A DNA stretch of 64,000 bases from the NCBI GenBank assembly GCA_051971635.1, contig JBFPLN010000006.1, positions 74,669 to 138,668 on the forward strand, in the 5' to 3' direction. The notes below the pieces were generated by a model that saw nothing but the letters and a program-made list of their open reading frames with translations, was not told the DNA's origin and ran no database searches. The stretch comes from Candidatus Atelocyanobacterium thalassae (lineage in GTDB: Bacteria > Cyanobacteriota > Cyanobacteriia > Cyanobacteriales > Microcystaceae). Positions 55,912 through 64,000 of the stretch are shown piece after piece; position 1 is the first letter of the stretch; each line of letters starts with the position of its first letter. The translations under genes and the position numbers were made by a program.

Positions 55912-56457
55912 ATGAATTCTACTCTTTCGTTGTTTGCATTGACTTTTATATTTACTAGCAAAAGTTTAACACTGTTGGGTGAAGATATTGGAATCCAAAA
56001 ACAGTCTGAAATATTAGCTTCTATAATTAAAAATCCAACTAGCGTAATTGCTTCTAAAAAAGCTGAGTTTATAGCTAGCCATATTATTCTTAATTTAAAA
56101 GAACGTCGTGTTTATGTTTATCAAGATAGCAAAGTTATAACAAGTTACAAAGTTGCTATTGGTAAACAAGGATGGGAAACTCCGAAAGGGAATTTCGTCG
56201 TAATGCAAATGGTAGAGAACCCTCAATGGAAAAATCCATGGAATGGAAGAATTAGCGCAGCTGGTCCTAATAGTCCTTTAGGAGAACGATGGATAGCTTT
56301 TAGTCAACAAGATGGTAAATATGTTGGATTTCATGGAACTGCAGGAGAGCATTCCATGGGGAAAGCTGTTTCTCATGGATGTGTAAGAATGAAAAACCAA
56401 GATGTTAAAGAGCTATATGGATTTGTAAATTTAGGTATACCTGTTGTTGTTCAATAA
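55912..56457 (+). CDS. L,D-transpeptidase (YkuD family)
   Basis: YKVAIGK.GWETP.G, PLGERW, GFHGT...SHGCVRM catalytic motif. Confidence 0.93.
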   Translation: MNSTLSLFALTFIFTSKSLTLLGEDIGIQKQSEILASIIKNPTSVIASKKAEFIASHIILNLKERRVYVYQDSKVITSYKVAIGKQGWETPKGNFVVMQMVENPQWKNPWNGRISAAGPNSPLGERWIAFSQQDGKYVGFHGTAGEHSMGKAVSHGCVRMKNQDVKELYGFVNLGIPVVVQ

Positions 56458-56519
56458 ATTATATTTAATATCTAAATTTATGGCTAGGTACTAAATACTA
56501 ATTTAGTACTAATATTTTT

Positions 56520-57230
56520 ATGATAATCTCTATAGATTTTCCCTATACAAAAGAGCAAATTTCTATTTTATTAAGAGGTTTATTAATTATTGCTTGGTGT
56601 GACGGGAGGTATAATCCTCGAGAGAAAAAAATAATTACGGATTTGATACAAAATCTAGCCGTGAATAACTTTGATGAAATATTTCATGAGTCTTTTGATC
56701 AATTAGTTACTAAAGAAGAGTTGCTAACATCTTTTGGGTATAATTCTAATATTGGAGAAAACTTTTTAAGGACAGCTATAATCGTTACTATTGCTGATGG
56801 TATTTATTCTAGAATTGAAGCGAATCTATTAAGTTAATTCAGTAGAGCTCTAGGCTTAAAAATTAATGCTTTGGAATATTTAAAATATACTTTATGTGAA
56901 TTTAGGGTTAATAGCTTAAAGTTAATATATACCCAGGATACAAATATAAATTCTAGCAATGATATTCTAATATCTAATTTTTTACAACCTGTTAAAGATT
57001 GGTTAGATGAGTTCAGTTTTAAGGACCCTAGATTAGCACGTTTTATTTGTAAGGTGATACCCTCACAATGTCCTTTCGAAAAAGATATGAAGCTATTTAG
57101 CCATAAAATTATATATATTCCTCCTTTATGCAAGTTAAATCCCTTATATGAACAACTAGTAAGGCTAAGATTCCGTGCATTATGTTATTTAGCTAATGAA
57201 TGCAAAGAAGACATTTCTAGCTTCACTTGA
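56520..57230 (+). pseudogene. TerB-like plus Mo-dependent nitrogenase C-terminal domain protein, interrupted by one in-frame stop
   Basis: ORFs 56520-56837 and 56871-57230 share a frame, separated only by TAA at 56835-56837; LRGLL.IAW.DG and IPSQCPFE...PPLCKLNPLYEQL..LRFRAL motifs. Confidence 0.85.
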
Positions 57231-57260
57231 TTGTTTATGCATTTAAGTAATTAGAAAAAA

Positions 57261-57290
57261 ATCAGAGAAAGATTTTTTTCTTTCTCTGAT
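57261..57290. terminator. 12-bp-arm hairpin between convergent genes
   Basis: ATCAGAGAAAGA-TTTTTT-TCTTTCTCTGAT. Confidence 0.7.
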
Positions 57291-57315
57291 AAATGAAAAT
57301 TTTTTACTTTAATAT

Positions 57316-58248
57316 TTAGATATTCGAATAAATACTATTTCGTAAAATTGTATAACCTTTAATTAACTCTTTGATCCCTTTTCCTAGAGACCAGTCAGGA
57401 CTGAAGCCTGTATCTAAAATACGTTTATTAGAAACAATATAATCCCTTTTGTCTGGATCTTCCCCAATTGGAGCTTCCAAATAAACAAAATTTGGTAAAT
57501 ATTGTTTAATTTCAGAACATAATTCTAGCTTCGATAAATTAGCATCTTCTAAACCCACATTGTAAGGTTTACCTTTCATATGTTCAAAATTTTCAATTCC
57601 ATGAACAAAAACTTTAGCTACGTCTCTAATGTGAATATAATTGCGCTTAAAATGTCCTTCAAAAATTACAACTGCGCGATCATGAAAAGCACGATAAACA
57701 AAATCGTTTACTAGTAAATCTACACGCATTCTTGGAGACATACCAAAAACAGTTGCCAAACGAAAAGTAATACTGTTTTCTCTTTCTAAAACTGATTTTT
57801 CTGCTTCAACTTTAGTTGTCCCATAGAGAGATATAGGGCGTAAAGGAGATTCCTCAGTACAAAATTTGCCTGCTTCGCCAATACCATAACCACTATTAGT
57901 TACAGGCATTAGAATTTTTTGTTGTTTACTAGCTAAATTACAAATTAACTTAACTGCTTCATAGTTAACAGTACTTGTACCGATACTATCTCTGTTACAA
58001 AGTGGCGCCCCAACTAATGCAGCCAAAGGAATTATTGCATCAGCATTTTTTAGTAAATTTTTGATTAAAGATTCATCACGACAATCACCACGTACAACAT
58101 GAAACTTATCATATTGACAACAATCAGCTAGACTGTTTTGTCCAAACATAAAGTTGTCTAAAACCGTAACTTCATAACCTTTTGCTAATAATATTGGAGT
58201 TAAAACTGAACCAATATATCCAGCTCCACCAGTAATTAAAATCTTCAT
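57316..58248 (-). CDS. NAD-dependent nucleotide-sugar epimerase/dehydratase (extended SDR)
   Basis: ITGGAGYIGS, YGTTK (YxxxK), FRLATVFG, RNYIHIRD. Confidence 0.9.
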   Translation of the reverse strand: MKILITGGAGYIGSVLTPILLAKGYEVTVLDNFMFGQNSLADCCQYDKFHVVRGDCRDESLIKNLLKNADAIIPLAALVGAPLCNRDSIGTSTVNYEAVKLICNLASKQQKILMPVTNSGYGIGEAGKFCTEESPLRPISLYGTTKVEAEKSVLERENSITFRLATVFGMSPRMRVDLLVNDFVYRAFHDRAVVIFEGHFKRNYIHIRDVAKVFVHGIENFEHMKGKPYNVGLEDANLSKLELCSEIKQYLPNFVYLEAPIGEDPDKRDYIVSNKRILDTGFSPDWSLGKGIKELIKGYTILRNSIYSNI

Positions 58249-58277
58249 AGATAGCCTATAATCCTATATCTTATTTT

Positions 58278-59012
58278 TTAAACGGAAGCTAAGTATTGAT
58301 GAATAGTTTCATCAGTATTTCCTAGATATTCAACTTTTCCTCGATTGATCCAAATAGCTCTATCACAGGATTGTTGAATGAAATCTAAACTATGAGAAAC
58401 AACTAGAATAGTTGTATTATGTCCCCATAATTTATCCATTCTTTTTTTACATTTATGTTTAAAATTTTCATCACCGACAGATAAAACTTCATCTAAAATT
58501 AAAATGTCTGGTTCGACATCGGTGGCGATCGCAAATCCAAGACGAGCTGTCATTCCAGAGGAAAGGGATTTAACAGGTGCCAACCTATAATCAATTAAGT
58601 CAGCAAATTCTAAAATTGTGTCAACACGATTCTTCATATCTTGGCGCAAAAAACCCAGCATAACACCATACAAAACAATGTTGTCTGCAACTGAAAGCTC
58701 TCCATCGAGCCCCGCTCCAAGTTCAATCAAAGGAGCTATTGTACCTTTAACACGAATCTGTCCTGATGTGGGAACTAAAATACCAGTAATAACTTTAAGT
58801 AAAGTAGATTTACCTGAACCATTTGCTCCTATAATACCGATCTTTTCTCCGGCATTAACTGTTAAATTAATATTATCAAGAATCAGTTTCTTTGACGGTT
58901 GACGATATTTTCCTTCTAAAAAAGAGAGAATAGTTTTTTTCAAGTCATAAGAGAATTCTTCTTGGGTTCTACGCCATAGAGAGACTTGGTTAAGTCTAAT
59001 TGCTTCTATCAT
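58278..59012 (-). CDS. wzt: Polysaccharide export ABC ATPase (Wzt/RfbB type)
   Basis: GANGSGKST, LSSGMTARLGFA, DEVLSVGD, VSH. Confidence 0.9.
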   Translation of the reverse strand: MIEAIRLNQVSLWRRTQEEFSYDLKKTILSFLEGKYRQPSKKLILDNINLTVNAGEKIGIIGANGSGKSTLLKVITGILVPTSGQIRVKGTIAPLIELGAGLDGELSVADNIVLYGVMLGFLRQDMKNRVDTILEFADLIDYRLAPVKSLSSGMTARLGFAIATDVEPDILILDEVLSVGDENFKHKCKKRMDKLWGHNTTILVVSHSLDFIQQSCDRAIWINRGKVEYLGNTDETIHQYLASV

Positions 59013-59016
59013 TTTT

Positions 59017-59871
59017 CTAAAGCAAATCCATAAAGTTTTTCTGCCAGGAGCGAAAATAGATCCAACCTAGCGCTAATAAAATAATACCGTTCAAAAATGA
59101 ATGTAAAATCAGTAGCATATCGGGCAAAGCTCCTGAAAGAGATATTTGACGAATGCTTTCAATAATTGGAATTAGTGGGTTAAAAAATAAAAAGGGTTTT
59201 ACGGCAGATGGAACAATCTCTGCTGGGTAAAAAACTGGAGAACTAATCCAAAGTACAAAACAAACTAACTCATAAAAATAAGGTAAATCCCGAAAAAATA
59301 CATATAGTGCACTAACCAAGAATCCTACGCCAGTACATACTAAACTTAAAGCTATTAGTGGAAACAAAAGAGCTAAGACATTTATAGGATTTTTAGACAT
59401 TATTAAGGTAACAACAGCCAGTAATGGCAATGAACCTACAATAAATTGAAATATATTAGCCACAATCATTGAAACTGGAAAAACAGTTACTGGAAGACGA
59501 ACTTTATTTAAAAGAGCTCCATTACCCACTACGCTAGCTAATGCTTGGCTCGTAGATGATGAGAAAAAATTAATAACAATTAAACCTGTGAAAGCAGCCA
59601 AAATATATCTAAAGGTAGAATCTTGATAATATTCCCCAAAAGCTGTTCCGAAGATTGCTGCATATAATCCTGTCATAATTAATGGGTTTAACAATGACCA
59701 ATAAACTCCTAAAAACGAGCCTCGATAACGTCCCTTTAAATTTCGTTCTACCAATATTTGCACTAGCTCTAGGTATCGTCTTGTTGACGATACATCTTTA
59801 CCAAGCTTATTAATAATCTTATTAGAGATACTATCTCTGATATGGAGTAGACTGGCTTTTAGCGATGTCAT
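59017..59871 (-). CDS. wzm: Polysaccharide export ABC permease (Wzm/RfbA type)
   Basis: RYRGSFLGVYWSLLNPL, VFFRD, SPVFYP, NPL. Confidence 0.9.
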   Translation of the reverse strand: MTSLKASLLHIRDSISNKIINKLGKDVSSTRRYLELVQILVERNLKGRYRGSFLGVYWSLLNPLIMTGLYAAIFGTAFGEYYQDSTFRYILAAFTGLIVINFFSSSTSQALASVVGNGALLNKVRLPVTVFPVSMIVANIFQFIVGSLPLLAVVTLIMSKNPINVLALLFPLIALSLVCTGVGFLVSALYVFFRDLPYFYELVCFVLWISSPVFYPAEIVPSAVKPFLFFNPLIPIIESIRQISLSGALPDMLLILHSFLNGIILLALGWIYFRSWQKNFMDLL

Positions 59872-60038
59872 AATTAGGTATCAGTACCTACAAATCTAGG
59901 AATTAATAGCATAATGTACTAAATGTCAGGTACTCTTCTTAAATTGTTCCCAACTATATTAACAAAATTTTATCCACGAAGATGGGCCAGATTCAGCTAA
60001 ACTTATGAGTGATTAACTAATGCAATCAGTATACTTAT

Positions 60039-60233
60039 ATGGAAATTGGTCAAAAAGTCAAAGTAATTCATCTTAGAGATCGTGTCTCTGGAGAAATTGT
60101 CAACAAACTTGGAAAAGAAGGTGTCATCAAAAATTTCAAGATGACTGATGGAAGCGGAATTGGCGCCATCGTAGAGTTTTCCGATAAAACAACCAGCTGG
60201 TTTTTTGGTGAAGAACTTAAACCTGTTGAATAA
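60039..60233 (+). CDS. petP: DUF2862 protein, PetP-like cytochrome b6f-associated subunit
   Basis: MEIGQKVKV..LRDRV, KMTDGSGIG, WFF.EEL. Confidence 0.85.
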   Translation: MEIGQKVKVIHLRDRVSGEIVNKLGKEGVIKNFKMTDGSGIGAIVEFSDKTTSWFFGEELKPVE

Positions 60234-60254
60234 TAACTAAAATACCTTCTATTT

Positions 60255-61340
60255 ATGGCTTTAATTTTAACTTTTTTGGGGAAAAATACTAGTGGTTGTT
60301 CAACTGTAGCTATAGCTACAGCAAAGAAAATAGCTGCTTCCGGATCGCGTGTCTTATTAGTGTCACGAGATCCAACTCCATCCTTTGATACCTTGTTAAA
60401 AATGCCTGCACAATCTTTTCCGACAGAAATAGAACCTAATTTTGATTTGGTAAACCTAAAATCAAGTCAACTTTTATCAGAAATCTGGACTGAATTTAAA
60501 GATTTAGAGGCTAAATACTTAAAGTTTCCAACCTTCAAGAGTATCTATGAACAAGAGCTGGGGGTTTTGCCAGGTATGGATGAAGCGCTAGTACTTAATG
60601 CTCTAAGAAAATATCAACAATGTGGTATTTATGACGTTATTGTTTATGATGGCAACAATACCTTTCATACGCTAAGAATGTTTAGTATTCCTGGAACTTT
60701 AACTTGGTATTTGGAAAGATTTCGTCAAATATTTACTGAATCTGATCTAGGAAAAACTTTGGTGCCATTTATGCAGCCATTGATTAGTACTGTTTTAAAC
60801 ACTTCATGGACTTTGGATGATCTTGATAAAGTTTCTAGTAACAATATCTTAGAAGAAGGGAGTGCAGCTCTGAAGGATAGCAGTCGTGTTGCTGCTTATT
60901 TGATAACAACCGAAGATGAAGTGGCAATTGCTACAGCTAAATATTTTTGGGGCGGGGCATATCAAGTGGGTTTATCTGTTAAGGGTGTAATTGTTAATCA
61001 AAGTTCAGGATTATCTGTAGGTAAAAATTTTGAGCAATTAGAATCATTTTCCTTGCCTAAAAGAGTTGGAGATAATTGGGAACCTTTAATAGAAGCTTTG
61101 CCGAACTTCTTGGATAAATCTCACACTCCTATATCTATTGATATTGATATTAATGCTAGCCAGATTAGGATATTTTTACCTGGTTTTGAAAAAAACCAGG
61201 TAAAGTTAACTCAATCTACTTCAGAACTTACCGTTGAAGCCGGAGATCAAAGGCGTAAAGTTTATTTGCCCAACCCCTTGATCGGCAAAGTAGTAAAGTC
61301 TGCAAAATTTCGAGATAATTATCTAATTGTTTCTTTGTGA
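60255..61340 (+). CDS. ArsA/Get3-family protein with C-terminal HSP20-like domain
   Basis: LTFLGK, ELGVLPGMD, YDVIVYDG, FLPGF.K..VKLTQ, EAGDQRR. Confidence 0.88.
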   Translation: MALILTFLGKNTSGCSTVAIATAKKIAASGSRVLLVSRDPTPSFDTLLKMPAQSFPTEIEPNFDLVNLKSSQLLSEIWTEFKDLEAKYLKFPTFKSIYEQELGVLPGMDEALVLNALRKYQQCGIYDVIVYDGNNTFHTLRMFSIPGTLTWYLERFRQIFTESDLGKTLVPFMQPLISTVLNTSWTLDDLDKVSSNNILEEGSAALKDSSRVAAYLITTEDEVAIATAKYFWGGAYQVGLSVKGVIVNQSSGLSVGKNFEQLESFSLPKRVGDNWEPLIEALPNFLDKSHTPISIDIDINASQIRIFLPGFEKNQVKLTQSTSELTVEAGDQRRKVYLPNPLIGKVVKSAKFRDNYLIVSL

Positions 61341-61362
61341 TATTGATTTATTAAAGCCATAT

Positions 61363-61395
61363 TTTATGGGGATTAGCTATGCTAATCCCCATAAA
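61363..61395. terminator. 15-bp-arm perfect hairpin between convergent genes
   Basis: TTTATGGGGATTAGC-TAT-GCTAATCCCCATAAA. Confidence 0.8.
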
Positions 61396-61425
61396 GTTTA
61401 AATATAAAAAATATTAACTTTTTAA

Positions 61426-62076
61426 TTACTTATGTAATGGGCAACCAGAGGTTAGCTTATTGAGAAAGGAATCATTGTCAAAATAGTGCTCTACAGAAAT
61501 AATTTTTAAATCATCTGTCACTTTAGCAACACTCATACCCACAATTTCTACTGTTTTTCCTGTAGGTTGATGGTCTTTGTAATTCCCATTAAACTCACCC
61601 CAGTGTCTCCATTTAAAAGCAATATTCGGAGGACCAGATAAGACTTCTGTTACTTCCCAGAGAAATCCATTCTTAAAAGCTTTATGAAATAGTTCAACTG
61701 ATGAATTTAAATCATTTGGATCATATTTTTGACTTTTTTCAATAAAAAGATTGTAAGTTCCCTGTTCTGCAACATCTTTTGCAGTATAAATAGGTCCACC
61801 ATTACTACTCATTTGGAATTTATCGGTAACAATTGATAGCCATTGGTTGATATCTTCTTTATGAGAGGCTTCCATTTCAAATGTTCTTACCAAATTTTGC
61901 GTAATTGCCTCTAATGATTCTGGAGAATGATTATGCTGGCTCTCCTTCCTTAAAAACTTATCTGTATAAGAATAATCAGGTTTTTCACCACTTCGCCACT
62001 TTACTCCTTCATCATAATTTATAACTGTATTACGCTCTTGAACCCAGAGGGGTAACTTAGCTTTATTTGCGTTCAT
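61426..62076 (-). CDS. SnoaL/NTF2-like (pathogenesis-related-like) protein
   Basis: NLVRTFEMEASHK, GTYN, WEVTEVLSGPP, FKWRHWG, C-terminal GCP. Confidence 0.8.
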   Translation of the reverse strand: MNANKAKLPLWVQERNTVINYDEGVKWRSGEKPDYSYTDKFLRKESQHNHSPESLEAITQNLVRTFEMEASHKEDINQWLSIVTDKFQMSSNGGPIYTAKDVAEQGTYNLFIEKSQKYDPNDLNSSVELFHKAFKNGFLWEVTEVLSGPPNIAFKWRHWGEFNGNYKDHQPTGKTVEIVGMSVAKVTDDLKIISVEHYFDNDSFLNKLTSGCPLHK

Positions 62077-62168
62077 CAGAAGAATACCTATTTTCTAGAC
62101 AATTAAGACTATCTAGCTTTATTATAAAATTTATGTTTACAACATTCAAAAAATAATTTTTTTTGAAA

Positions 62169-63791
62169 TTAACTAGGCTGAAAACCTGAACCAACAGGAG
62201 CGACAGTATTTAATATTAAGTTCGGATGATCTGTTTTCACTTGCTGTAAAGCCCATTCATTCTTAAATAATAGAACTGGCCTATCCCAGCTATCTTTAAC
62301 TGTAATAGTATTAAAAATTCTATCTATATTTTCTAAAGCCTTCCATCCATCCTTAACCCAGCGGGCTAAATTATAAGGCATAGCTTCGAGAGCTGTATCT
62401 ACTCCATATTCACTCAAAATCCTAAATTGCACTACTTCAAACTGTAATCTTCCTACTGCTGCTAATATAGGATCTCGTTTAAAACCATCCTTAGAATGCA
62501 TAATTTGAATTGCTCCTTCTTCTTTTAATTCATGTATTCCTTTCTGAAATTGCTTAAATTTTGAAGGATTTAAATTTTTTAAATAAGAGAAAAATTCTGG
62601 AGAAAAACAAGGAATACCTTCATATTCTAATTTCTGCCCATTGTAGATTGTATCTCCAATCGCAAACATTCCTGGATTATTCAAACCAATAATATCCCCT
62701 CCATAAGCTTCTTCAACAGAGGACCTGTCTTGAGCGAATAATTTTTGAGGACGAGATAAACGAATAGTTTTATTAGTTCTTGCATGATTTACTGTCATAT
62801 CTTTTTGAAACTTACCCGTACAAACTCTTATGAAAGCTACGCGATCTCGATGTTTTGGATCCATATTAGCCTGTAGTTTGAAGACAAACCCACTAAATTC
62901 TGGATAGGTTGGTTCAACAATTCCAATAGATGAATTACGTCCATTAGGCTTTAAAGCGTACTTTAAAAAAGCCTCTAAAAACGGCTGTACTCCAAAATTT
63001 GTCATAGCTGATCCAAAGAAAACAGGAGTCATTTCTCCTGAGTGAATTTTTTCCAGGTCAAAGTCATCTCCTAATGCTTCAAGAATTTCTAAACTTTCTT
63101 TAAATTCTAAATAAGTTTCTGGCTCTAAGTAATTTTTAAATTCTTCATCTTCTAACTTAAGACTTGTGACTTCTGCTTGTTGACTCCCATGAGCAGAACG
63201 TTTAAACAAACTTATTACTTTTTGAGAACGATCATAAACTCCTTTGAAGCCATCGCCAATTCCTATTGGCCAATTTACAGCATATGGTTTCAACCCCAAT
63301 TCTTTTTCAATTTCATCTAATAATTCTAGAGGTTCACGTCCAGGACGATCCATTTTGTTTATAAAGGTAAAAATAGGAAGTTTTCTGAGACGACATACTT
63401 CAAAAAGTTTTCTCGTCTGAGTTTCTAATCCTTTCGCAGCATCAACAAGCATTACAGCATTGTCGGCTGCAGCAAGAGTTCTGTAAGTATCTTCACTAAA
63501 GTCTTGGTGTCCAGGAGTATCTAATAAATTAATGTGGAAATCTTGATATTGAAACTGCAAAACAGTAGAGGTAATTGAAATACCACGTTGTTTTTCCATT
63601 TCCATCCAATCTGAAGTTACTTTGCGTTGGTCTCGTCTTGCTTTTACTGCGCCAGCTTGATGTATAGCACCCCCATACAATAATAACTTTTCTGTAAGAG
63701 TAGTTTTACCTGCATCAGGATGGGAGATGATAGCAAAATTTCGTCTTACTTGAACAGCTTCTCGAATTTCTTGTTGTTTCTCATTAGTCAT
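62169..63791 (-). CDS. prfC: Peptide chain release factor 3
   Basis: [49 protein letters not shown]. Confidence 0.98.
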   Translation of the reverse strand: MTNEKQQEIREAVQVRRNFAIISHPDAGKTTLTEKLLLYGGAIHQAGAVKARRDQRKVTSDWMEMEKQRGISITSTVLQFQYQDFHINLLDTPGHQDFSEDTYRTLAAADNAVMLVDAAKGLETQTRKLFEVCRLRKLPIFTFINKMDRPGREPLELLDEIEKELGLKPYAVNWPIGIGDGFKGVYDRSQKVISLFKRSAHGSQQAEVTSLKLEDEEFKNYLEPETYLEFKESLEILEALGDDFDLEKIHSGEMTPVFFGSAMTNFGVQPFLEAFLKYALKPNGRNSSIGIVEPTYPEFSGFVFKLQANMDPKHRDRVAFIRVCTGKFQKDMTVNHARTNKTIRLSRPQKLFAQDRSSVEEAYGGDIIGLNNPGMFAIGDTIYNGQKLEYEGIPCFSPEFFSYLKNLNPSKFKQFQKGIHELKEEGAIQIMHSKDGFKRDPILAAVGRLQFEVVQFRILSEYGVDTALEAMPYNLARWVKDGWKALENIDRIFNTITVKDSWDRPVLLFKNEWALQQVKTDHPNLILNTVAPVGSGFQPS

Positions 63792-64000
63792 AAAAAACTT
63801 TTTGTATGTTAATAATCACTTCTACTAATTTATAGCTAATTCTTATTTTATAAAACAGTTTTTTAGATATCATAGTATTTATTTCATCATGGGAAAAAGT
63901 ACTTAAAGCAAAAAAATATTTTTTCTAGAGAATATAATAATAAAAACTGGGCTTTATAGTGATTTTTGATGACTATAAAACTCAGTTTTTATTGTTTATT

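Overview
Strongly AT-rich (roughly 30% GC by eye) housekeeping region of a unicellular cyanobacterial genome with signs of reduction: orphaned genes from normally larger clusters, long degenerate AT-rich spacers, no recognisable IS/CRISPR/prophage, and very few HIP1 octamers. My inference is a UCYN-A (Ca. Atelocyanobacterium/nitroplast)-like or related endosymbiont, but no nif or rRNA gene is present to prove it. About 53 protein genes are present. They cover translation (alaS, gltX, prfB with its +1 frameshift, prfC, trmB), DNA repair (ligA, radA), proteostasis (clpC), regulators (rpaB/ycf27, rre1/ycf29, plmA, BlaI-M56), Asp/Thr/S/folate/tetrapyrrole enzymes, hopanoid cyclase shc, NDH-1/b6f accessories (ndhD, crr6, petP) and envelope functions (lptA/B/FG, wzm/wzt, uppP, GatD-like, L,D-transpeptidase, RND parts). 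There is also one tRNA-Cys(GCA). I found no clearly new multi-gene system. The most notable observations are: (i) long, perfect, mutually unrelated inverted repeats at gene 3' ends, including a 50-bp loopless palindrome spanning two stop codons and a 34-bp-arm hairpin after ndhD; (ii) a single in-frame TAA splitting a TerB-like/Mo-nitrogenase-C-domain gene; (iii) an AgcS alanine/Na+ symporter with FSNEAG changed to FSNGAG and a long charged loop; (iv) drift in normally conserved motifs and in the tRNA-Cys anticodon stem.
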